Of a stretch of DNA of 64,000 nucleotides, positions 9,295 through 18,200 are shown in pieces. The notes below the pieces were generated by a model, which made no database searches, was not told where the DNA came from, and worked only from the letters and a program-made list of their open reading frames with translations. Position 1 is the first letter of the stretch. Each line of letters begins with the position of its first letter. The DNA comes from an uncultured Gammaproteobacteria bacterium (GTDB lineage Bacteria > Patescibacteriota > Patescibacteriia > Patescibacteriales > UBA12465), in the NCBI GenBank assembly GCA_964408775.1, contig CAYPAP010000001.1, positions 353,839-417,838 on the forward strand. Direction: 5' to 3'. The position numbers were made by a program, and so were the translations under genes.

Positions 9295-11115
9295 ATGAAC
9301 AACTTAAATAACATTAATATAAAAAAAGAAAAAATTCAAGGGTTATTAAAAAAATATTATAATTTTTCTGATTTTCGCTTGGGACAGGAGGTGGCTATTG
9401 ATAATATTTTATCTGGTAAAGATACCGTTGTTATAATGCCAACTGGAGGTGGTAAGTCTTTGATTTTTCAATTATCAGCTTTGGTTTTGGATGGAGTTAC
9501 TATTGTGGTTTCTCCCCTTATTGCGCTGATGAAAGACCAGGTCGATTCCCTAACAGAACTAGGGATTCCGGCTACTTTTATTAACTCCTCTATTTCGTTG
9601 TCAGAAACTACACAGCGTTTAGAGCAGGTAAAAAATGGTTTTTATAAAATAGTTTATGTGGCACCCGAAAGATTCTATAGTCAGCCTTTTTTAGAGGCAC
9701 TTAGCCAACTAAAAATATCACTTTTTGCTATTGATGAAGCTCATTGTATTAGTCAATGGGGTCATGATTTTCGTCCCAGTTATTTAAGACTAAAAAATAC
9801 TATAGAATTTTTAAAAAATCCAACCGTGGTGGCTTTGACAGCTACAGCAACAATTGAGGTCCGACACGATATAGTTAAACAATTAAGTCTAAAAAACCCC
9901 GAGGTAATTGTTACTGGTTTTGCTAGAAAAAATATTCAGTTTGGGGTTATACACTGTTCTTCCAGCCGTAAAGCAGACTTTATTTTAGACGCTATTTCTG
10001 GCTCAGGGGGTGGCTCTGGAATCGTGTACGTCGGAACCAGAGCCAAGGCTGATGAGATCTTAGAAAAACTTTTAGAAAATGGAATTGAAGCAGTGGCTTA
10101 TCATGCGGGAATGGATAGTGACAGTCGAGAGTGGGTACAAAATAGTTTTATGTCTGGCCAAGCTCAGGTGGTAGTGGCGACCAATGCTTTTGGTATGGGA
10201 ATAAATAAAAAAGATATTCGTTTTGTTATTCATCATGATATCCCCGGAACTGTTGAGGCCTATTATCAAGAAGCTGGTCGAGCCGGTCGCGACGGACTTC
10301 CTAGTCTATGTTTGCTTTTGTATTCCCCCAGTGATAGATACTTACGCGAATTTTTTATTAAAGGCGACAATCCTGAACCAGAAATAATTATTAATATTTA
10401 TGAAAAATTATTAGAAAAAGAAGATGATTTGGGATTAGACGAAATTAGTGACGCCGGCAAATCAATTTTAATAACCTATGCTGAATTAGCCAAAGAGCTT
10501 TCTCTCAACGTTCCAGAAATGGCCATTGGAACAGCTTTAAAAATTCTAGAAAAAGAGGGTTATTTATCTCGTCCCAATGACAAAAATGGCCAAGCCTTTC
10601 TTAAAATTAAAAGCGATTTTAATTCTTTATTATCAGCCCTTAGCTCTCGGGCCAAGGTGCAGATAGAGGCTCTTAATAAGTTGTATGATAAATTTAAGGA
10701 TGAGCTAGAAAAGGGATCGGAATTTAATTTTGATGATGTCGCTAGTATTATTAATATTAAAAAAGACTCTATTTTAAGACTAATAAAAAATTTAGCCGAA
10801 AAAGATTTAGTAGAATATCGACCTCCCTTTAGAGGGACTGAAATTAGGATTTTAAAAAGGGTTGCCCCGGAAGATTTGAAATTAGATTTTAAAGCTCTAG
10901 AAGAAAAGCTAAAAAATGCTGAAAGGCGTTTAAACGAAATGGAAAATTATGCTTATTTTTCTGGTTGCCGTCAGGCTTATATCTTACGTTACTTTGGTGA
11001 GCAGGATGTTAAAAATTGTGGTAAATGTGACCAGTGTTTGAGAGGTTTTTCCGATGATAATAATGACTATGAAGAACCCGCCAAAAATTTTCGTCAACGA
11101 GAGTATTTAACTTAG
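9295..11115 (+). CDS. recQ: ATP-dependent DNA helicase RecQ
   Basis: Walker [13 protein letters not shown] box [18 protein letters not shown], and RecQ C-terminal Zn/winged-helix region (CGKCDQC). Confidence 0.9.
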   Translation: MNNLNNINIKKEKIQGLLKKYYNFSDFRLGQEVAIDNILSGKDTVVIMPTGGGKSLIFQLSALVLDGVTIVVSPLIALMKDQVDSLTELGIPATFINSSISLSETTQRLEQVKNGFYKIVYVAPERFYSQPFLEALSQLKISLFAIDEAHCISQWGHDFRPSYLRLKNTIEFLKNPTVVALTATATIEVRHDIVKQLSLKNPEVIVTGFARKNIQFGVIHCSSSRKADFILDAISGSGGGSGIVYVGTRAKADEILEKLLENGIEAVAYHAGMDSDSREWVQNSFMSGQAQVVVATNAFGMGINKKDIRFVIHHDIPGTVEAYYQEAGRAGRDGLPSLCLLLYSPSDRYLREFFIKGDNPEPEIIINIYEKLLEKEDDLGLDEISDAGKSILITYAELAKELSLNVPEMAIGTALKILEKEGYLSRPNDKNGQAFLKIKSDFNSLLSALSSRAKVQIEALNKLYDKFKDELEKGSEFNFDDVASIINIKKDSILRLIKNLAEKDLVEYRPPFRGTEIRILKRVAPEDLKLDFKALEEKLKNAERRLNEMENYAYFSGCRQAYILRYFGEQDVKNCGKCDQCLRGFSDDNNDYEEPAKNFRQREYLT

Positions 11116-11132
11116 TTTAAAAATTTAAAAAA

Positions 11133-11828
11133 ATGAACAAAAAAGCCAAAAAATATTTATTAGATATAGTTGAAGGGGGTTATGAAAAAATAGCTTCAGA
11201 TTTTTCTGAGACCAGAAAAAAACCAATGAAGCCGATGGTTTATAAAATTGTTGGAGACTTGGACATAAAACCAGAGGACAGCGTTTTAGATTTGGGCTGC
11301 GGTAATGGTTGTTTTTTTGAGGTTCTGGGCGGGAAAGGAAATTACTTGGGGCTAGATAATAGCGCAAAATTAATTGCCCTAGCCGAAGAAGAATATAAGA
11401 CCAATTTTAAAAAATTTGATATAATAAAATTAGATGAATTAAAAGAGAATAATTTTAATTTTATTTTTTCTTGGGCAGTTTTTCATCACATTCCTGGAAA
11501 AAAATTGCGCTTAAATTTTTTACAAGAAGTTTATAAAAATCTAAACCCAGAAGGAAGTTTTGTTTTCAGTGTTTGGAAGCTTAGAAATAGAAAAGATTTT
11601 TATAAATTAGCTTTTAAAACTTTTTTCAATAATTTGTTTCAAGGAAAGATTATGGACTGGGCTGATTTAATTTTCCCCTGGAAAGGTTCTCCTAAAAAAT
11701 TCCAACCCCCCCGCTATTATCATGCTTTTTCTAAGAAAAGCTTAGAGAAAGAAATAAAAAAAAGTAGCTTTAAAATAGAGAAGTTTTTAGAGGATGATTT
11801 TAATTATTATCTAATATTAAAAAAATAA
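11133..11828 (+). CDS. Class I SAM-dependent methyltransferase
   Basis: SAM motif I VLDLGCGNGCF and a Methyltransf_11-like layout. The substrate is unknown. Confidence 0.7.
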   Translation: MNKKAKKYLLDIVEGGYEKIASDFSETRKKPMKPMVYKIVGDLDIKPEDSVLDLGCGNGCFFEVLGGKGNYLGLDNSAKLIALAEEEYKTNFKKFDIIKLDELKENNFNFIFSWAVFHHIPGKKLRLNFLQEVYKNLNPEGSFVFSVWKLRNRKDFYKLAFKTFFNNLFQGKIMDWADLIFPWKGSPKKFQPPRYYHAFSKKSLEKEIKKSSFKIEKFLEDDFNYYLILKK

Positions 11829-11844
11829 AAATAATTGTATAAAT

Positions 11845-12714
11845 ATGAGTAAGAAAAAATTATTGATTGGTTTTATAGGCCAAGGGTTCATTGGCAAAAA
11901 TATGGCAGACGATTTTTTGGAAAGAGGATATAGTATAATTAGATACGACCTTAATAATTTTTCAAAAAATAAAAAGTTAATAGCTGATTGCGATTTTGTC
12001 TTTATTGCCGTTCCTACTCCCAGTACTCCGAAGGGTTTTGACGATAGCATTCTAACAGAAGTTATAGGATTGGTAGGGGATGGTAAAACAGCAGTTATAA
12101 AATCAACTATAAAAATTGGAACAACTGAAAAATTACAAAAATTATATCCTAAAAAATATATTATACATTCACCAGAGTTTTTAACAGAAAAAAATGCCAA
12201 AAATGACGCTCGTTTTCCGGAAAGAAATATAGTGGGGTATACTAGTAAATCAAAAAAAATGGCTCAGGCTGTTTTAGATATTTTACCAAAGGCCGGCCAC
12301 AACTTTATAGTGCCCTGCAGAGAAGCAGAATTAACTAAATATATGGGAAACTCTTTTTTAATGTTAAAAGTTGTTTTCGCTAATGCTATTTTTAATCTAG
12401 CTCAGGCTAATAAAATTAATTATGACCAGGTTGCTAAAATGGTTGGTTATGATTCTAGAATTGGACACAGTCATCTAAAAATAAAACACCAAGATGAAAA
12501 AAAACAAGCTGGTAGGGGGGCTGGAGGACATTGTTTCATTAAGGATATGTCGGCTTTAGTGGAGATGTTTAATGATTGTCATTTTACAAATAAACAAAAT
12601 AAATTGGCTAAGAAATTTTTAGAAGGAGCAGTAAATTTTAATAGCAATTTATTATTTGAATCCAAAAAAGACCTAGATTTATTATTTGGTGTTTACGGCA
12701 AGAAGAAATATTAA
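11845..12714 (+). CDS. UDP-glucose/GDP-mannose dehydrogenase family protein (short form lacking the C-terminal sugar-nucleotide domain)
   Basis: Rossmann N-terminus IGFIGQGFIGKNMA, SPEFLTEKNAKNDARFPERNIVG, and the catalytic-Cys motif GGHCFIKD. It is only 289 aa. Confidence 0.65.
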   Translation: MSKKKLLIGFIGQGFIGKNMADDFLERGYSIIRYDLNNFSKNKKLIADCDFVFIAVPTPSTPKGFDDSILTEVIGLVGDGKTAVIKSTIKIGTTEKLQKLYPKKYIIHSPEFLTEKNAKNDARFPERNIVGYTSKSKKMAQAVLDILPKAGHNFIVPCREAELTKYMGNSFLMLKVVFANAIFNLAQANKINYDQVAKMVGYDSRIGHSHLKIKHQDEKKQAGRGAGGHCFIKDMSALVEMFNDCHFTNKQNKLAKKFLEGAVNFNSNLLFESKKDLDLLFGVYGKKKY

Positions 12715-12723
12715 TTTAAAAAT

Positions 12724-14133
12724 ATGGCTTTAATAACTTCTATTTCAGGAATAAGGGGAACGGTAGGGTCAGGAGACAGTAATTTGAACCCATTAAATTT
12801 TATTAACTTTGTTTTGGCTTTTGGGGAGAGTTTAAAAAGGAAAAATAAAGGAAGAAAAACAAAAATAGTTTTAGGGAGAGATGGGCGCATTAGTGGCGAG
12901 ATGTTTTTGAGTTTAGCCACACAAAGTTTAATATCTTTAGGTATTGATGTTTTAAATATTAATTTGGCCAGCACTCCGACAGTTGAAATCGCTGTTATAA
13001 ATGAAAAGACTGATGGAGGTATTATCATTTCCGCCTCACATAACCCCAAGGAATGGAATGCTCTAAAATTTTTAAATAATAAAGGAGAGTTTTTAAATGA
13101 AAAAGACGGCAAAAAAATATTATCTTTAGCCGAGAAAAAAAATTTTTCTTTTGTTGAGGTAAGTGACTTAGGAAAATATCAAGAAAATTTTTCTTATGAC
13201 GATGTTCATATAGATAAAATTTTAAAATTACCGCTGATAAATAAGAAGGCGATTGAGAGGGCTGATTTTAAGGTTGTTCTAGACGGAATTAATTCAGTCG
13301 GAGCAATCGTTGGGAAAAATCTTTTGAAAAAATTAGGAGTAAAAAATATTATAATTATAAATCAAGAGGTCGATGGAGATTTTAATCACAATCCTGAGCC
13401 AATTGATAAAAATTTACGGCAATTAAGTTTGGCCGTTAAAAAATTGGGGGCAGATATTGGTTTGGCTGTTGACCCTGACGTTGATCGTTTGGCAATTGTA
13501 GATGAGCAAGGAAATTTTTGGGGAGAGGAGTATACTTTGGTGGCAGCGGCTGATTATATTTTTAAAAATTACAAAATTTTTCAAAATAAATTTAAAAAAA
13601 ATGCAGTTTCCAATTTGTCTTCATCTTTAGCCCTTAAAGATTTGGCAGAAAAATACCAAGGGAAATATTTTTTTTCTAAAGTCGGTGAGGCCAATGTAGT
13701 TGAAAAAACCAAGAAAGTTAAAGCTGCTATTTCTGGAGAGGGCAGCGGTGGAATTATTTATCCTTGCTTTCATTATGGTCGAGATGCCTTGGTCGGCATA
13801 GCTTTAATTTTAAGTTTTTTATCTTCCGAGAGAAAAAAAGCATCAGAAATCAGAAAGGAATTACCCGGATATTTTATGGTAAAAGAAAAAATTAAATTAA
13901 GCTCTAAAGTTGACACCAGGAAGATATTTGATAAGATAGAAAAAAGATACAAAGCTCTAGAGATAATTAAAATTGATGGTTTGAAGATTAATTTTAAGAA
14001 AGAGAGAGCTTGGGTGATTTTGCGTCTTTCTAATACCGAGCCTATAATTAGAATCTATTGCGAGGCTCCAACCCATAAAGAAGCTCAAAAAAAGTTCAAG
14101 GAAATTTCTGATTTTATTAATAATATTAATTAA
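12724..14133 (+). CDS. Phosphohexomutase (phosphoglucosamine mutase/phosphomannomutase type)
   Basis: SASHNPKEWNALKF phosphoserine loop, DPDVDRL metal loop and GEGSGG sugar loop. This is the second paralog in the window, and it is adjacent to a GlmU-like gene. Confidence 0.85.
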   Translation: MALITSISGIRGTVGSGDSNLNPLNFINFVLAFGESLKRKNKGRKTKIVLGRDGRISGEMFLSLATQSLISLGIDVLNINLASTPTVEIAVINEKTDGGIIISASHNPKEWNALKFLNNKGEFLNEKDGKKILSLAEKKNFSFVEVSDLGKYQENFSYDDVHIDKILKLPLINKKAIERADFKVVLDGINSVGAIVGKNLLKKLGVKNIIIINQEVDGDFNHNPEPIDKNLRQLSLAVKKLGADIGLAVDPDVDRLAIVDEQGNFWGEEYTLVAAADYIFKNYKIFQNKFKKNAVSNLSSSLALKDLAEKYQGKYFFSKVGEANVVEKTKKVKAAISGEGSGGIIYPCFHYGRDALVGIALILSFLSSERKKASEIRKELPGYFMVKEKIKLSSKVDTRKIFDKIEKRYKALEIIKIDGLKINFKKERAWVILRLSNTEPIIRIYCEAPTHKEAQKKFKEISDFINNIN

Positions 14134-14141
14134 AATAATTT

Positions 14142-14897
14142 ATGACCAAGATTATAGTTTTGGCCGCTGGCAAGGGCAGTCGCATGAAATCTGATTTACC
14201 CAAGGTTTTGTCACCTATAAATGGCAAGCCGATGATTGAATATTTAATAAATTCTGTTATGAGATTGGGGGTGGATCCGGAACCAGTTTTAGTTGTTTCT
14301 CCTGATAATAAGGAAATAATAGCTGACAATCTAAGAAAATATAAACTTAGCTTTGCCCTGCAGGCTGAGCAATTGGGGACCGGGCACGCTGTCGCTAGTG
14401 CTAGATCGCTAATTCCCGAAGAAGTAAAAAATATAATGGTTCTATACGGCGACCATCCTTTTATTACGCCAAAATCTATAGAAAGACTGCTGGAAAGCCA
14501 TAAGAGCGAGGTTTCCATGATGACAGCTGAAGTAAGTGATTTTTCAGAATGGCGAAAGAATTTTTATTATTGGGGTCGTATATTAAGAAGTAATAATAAG
14601 ATTGAAAAGATTATCGAATTTAAGGATGCTTCCGATGAGATAAAAGAGGTAAAAGAAGTTAACCCGGCAATTTTTTGTTTTAATAAAAACTGGTTGCTAG
14701 AAAATATTGCTAAAATAAAAAATGAAAATAACAATAAAGAATATTATTTAACTGATTTAATAAAAATGGCTTTCGAGCAGGGTATTGAAATAAATTCTTC
14801 AACCATAGAGGCTCAAGAGGCCGTGGGGATAAATAGCCCCGAAGAGTTAAAGGTAGCTCAAGATTTGGCTGAAAATAATATTTTTGATGAAGTTTAG
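14142..14897 (+). CDS. Sugar-1-phosphate nucleotidyltransferase (GlmU N-terminal-domain-like, no acetyltransferase half)
   Basis: LAAGKGSRMKSDLPKVL signature, LGTGHAV and YGDHPF. At 251 aa it lacks the left-handed beta-helix domain. Confidence 0.8.
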   Translation: MTKIIVLAAGKGSRMKSDLPKVLSPINGKPMIEYLINSVMRLGVDPEPVLVVSPDNKEIIADNLRKYKLSFALQAEQLGTGHAVASARSLIPEEVKNIMVLYGDHPFITPKSIERLLESHKSEVSMMTAEVSDFSEWRKNFYYWGRILRSNNKIEKIIEFKDASDEIKEVKEVNPAIFCFNKNWLLENIAKIKNENNNKEYYLTDLIKMAFEQGIEINSSTIEAQEAVGINSPEELKVAQDLAENNIFDEV

Positions 14898-14924
14898 GTG
14901 ATTTTTATAATTTAAAATATTTTT

Positions 14925-15185
14925 ATGAAAGGTTTTGTGGAAACAATTATTTTAGTAATAATATTTTTCGTCTTAATAACCTTTTCTTTTTTGTGGTTTA
15001 ATGAGGAAAAGAGAAGCTTAAAAGATATTCCCTATGTTTCTAAGGTTTTTTCTAGTATTAGTGCTTTTTCAGAAAATCTAAAAGAAGTTTCGACTAAAAA
15101 GGAAAACCTAAAAAATATTTTTAAAAGAACAAAAGAAGGAGCCCAGGGACTTGTGCCGGAAAAGACGGAAGAGCCAGGTCTTTAA
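14925..15185 (+). CDS. Small N-terminally anchored protein, function unknown
   Basis: 86-aa ORF with one N-terminal TM helix (IILVIIFFVLITFSFLWF), located directly upstream of the giant surface-protein gene. Confidence 0.4.
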   Translation: MKGFVETIILVIIFFVLITFSFLWFNEEKRSLKDIPYVSKVFSSISAFSENLKEVSTKKENLKNIFKRTKEGAQGLVPEKTEEPGL

Positions 15186-15250
15186 TATTTACTTATAAAT
15201 AAAATTGTGTTAAAATTATAATAATAAAACAATTATTTTTTTGGGCTTTT

Positions 15251-18200
15251 ATGTTTAATAAAAAAAATAAATTTCAGCGGTTTTTTGTAGTTTTTTTTAT
15301 TTCTTTGCTTCTAGGTTCTGTTTTTTTATTTACTTCCTCGGTCTTCGCCGGGGATGTTTTTGGAACAGATCTTGTTGAAGGAGAAATTAATCTTGAGGGA
15401 ACTGACCCTAGAAGTATGGCTGCCCAAATAATAAATGTAGCGCTAGGTCTTTTGGCTATAATAGCGGTAGTTATTGTTATTTATGGAGGTTTTGTTTGGA
15501 TGACTTCCGATGGAAATGAAGAAAAAGTCAATAGAGCTAAGGGAATTTTAAAAGCTGGGGTTATTGGCCTGGTTATTATTTTAGCTTCTTGGGGAATAGC
15601 CTCATTTGTTTTAAGTCAATTAGGTGGTGCTACCGGAGTTGTTAATGTTGCTTGCGTGGATAATGATGTTAGAGCATGTGGATGTAATGGGGTTTCTACT
15701 TGTTTAAATGGTGAGTGGGGTTCTTGTTTGGGAAGCGATTGTAATCCTGGTGGTCCCGGATCTAGTTGTTATGATCCTAATGAAGCTCTTTCCGTTTGTA
15801 GTTCAGTAACAATCTGTAATTCAGGCCTTATCTGCGATGATTGTGAATGTAAATATCCAGGAGAGGGAGATTCTTGCGGTGATATTATTAATAATACCTG
15901 TAGCCCAGATAATGCTGATTGCTCTAACCCCAATCTTTTTTGTGACGCTACCAGTTGTACTTGTGAGGTTTCTGCTAGTAATAATTACTCAGAATTAGGA
16001 GACCCCTGTTCTGATGGTGGAACATGTACAGCCAACAACCCAACTTGTAATCCAAACCATGGATTAACTTGCGACCCAAATTCTTGCGAGTGTGTTGGTA
16101 GTCCTGTTATTACTGGGTTTAGTCCTTTAGGTGGTTTTTGTAATAATAATGTGGATAGTCCTTGCTCCAAGGATTCGGATTGTGGCTCGGGTAATACTTG
16201 TAATTTTACCACCCCCAATGCTTCTGCTGGCAATTTTTTTACTATCTTGGGATATAATTTTAATGATTATTCTTCTGGCAGCTCTACGGTTTCTTTTATA
16301 TCAGAAAGCGGAACATCAACTATTGCCTTGGATCCTAGTGTGGTTAATAATAATTGCTCAAATTCCTGGACCAACACCAGTATCACTGTAGCTCTTCCAA
16401 CCACAACTCCTTTTAACTCAGGGGATGATTTAAGGGTTGAAGTTATAACCAAGAACGGAGATTCTTATAATAGTAGCGACAACACTCAATTAAGTTTAGT
16501 AAAATGGAACGATATTTCTCGTCCCGGAATATGTAATATTAATAAAGCTTCGGCTAAGTTAAATGAATCAATAAATTATTCTGGAATAAATTTATTAAAT
16601 GGCCAAGCTTATTTTGGAAATAATATTAATAATGTTTTGGCCTATGCTCCTCAGGTTTTTAATAGTAATACCTCGGGTGTGGCGCATGTTCCCAATCTTT
16701 CTGCCGGTAAGACCAGCACTTTTGTGCAAAAAACATATAATAGTATTCCAATTTTTAGTAATTTTTTAGACTTTGACAAAGAAGCCGAGGCTCCTCAGGG
16801 TCCTTCTATTTCTGATTTTACTCCTAAAGAAGGAAATAAAGGACAATATGTAACCATGTTTGGCATCGGATTTAATGACTTTAAGGGGGACAGTATGATT
16901 AAGTTTGAAACAGAGGCATCTGATTATGATGCTAGTTTTGATTTCCCTGCAGTTTGTTCTCATTCAACTTGGTCTGATACTCAAATAGTATTTAAAGTTC
17001 CAGATAATATTATCAAAGGCAACTATAAATTGTCTTTATATACTAAAGATAATGAGCCAGTAACCACAAACGATTATTTTAATGTAAATACACAGCTAAC
17101 CTTGGCTCCTGGTTTGTGTAAAATTAGCCCTAAATCTGGACCACAAAATTCCCCTGTTTATTTATGGGGTGAATATTTTGGTTCTAACCCTAGCGTTGTT
17201 TTTAATATTAATAAGACCAGCGCCACTAGCGCTGTTAGTGAAGAAGATGGGGCTGATAAGATATTAACCACGGTTTCAGATGATGCTATTACGGGTCCAG
17301 TGGTTGTTAAAAGGGACGCTACTTCCAGCAATAGCCTGAATTTTTCTGTTGCTTCTTGTAGTTCTAACAGTGATTGTGGATCTGAGTATTGCTGTCTTCC
17401 TGGGACATCATTTGCTGGGGCTTGTGTTACTAATTTAAGTGCTTGTTTTTCGGACACACCAGATAGCTCATTCTTCCAATGGGGCTTTACCACTGGCTTT
17501 AGTACTACTACACCACCAGACGATCCAGATGATATATACAGTTGTGCTAGTTATAATTTCTGTCCGACAGATAACTGGACTTGTCCAAACATGCCTGGAC
17601 TTTGTTCTCCTTATAATGCTACCGACCGATTTATAGAGGTCGCTGATTGTAAAAGTGATTGTAGTAATTTTGATTTTTGTGCAACCCCAAATAGCTGTTC
17701 CTATGATTCTAGTATAGACAAATGTGTTCTAAGTGGTTCAAGCGTTGAGTGTTCCCTTGGAAAAAAAGTAGAATATAATTTGGGATACGGGACAACCACC
17801 AAGACAGCTATTTGTAAAAACTATAGAATACCAAATACGGCAAATGACGAAAGACAATATTTTGAAATAACAGTTGACACTCTTTGTCCAACCATCGATG
17901 GAGTGCTGTGGAGTTTAGTTCCCGGTACAAATAATAAGTGCATTAACGCTGAGTTTGGAGTCGCCTCAAGTACTTGCTCCTTGTGCCCAGCTGGCGCTAC
18001 TTGCCAGAGCGAGAATTCGGGGGATGAAATTGGATTTTGTGCTTCTCCTAAAGTTTGTCCAGGAAATGCTACTTGTGATAATAATAATAAATGTGTAAAA
18101 CCAGATATCTCTTCTTGCCAATGTTGTTGTGAAAAAAGTGAAAACCTAAACCCAGGTCCAGGAAACCCGGCTTGTTGTTATCCTTTAACCTGTGATTCTT

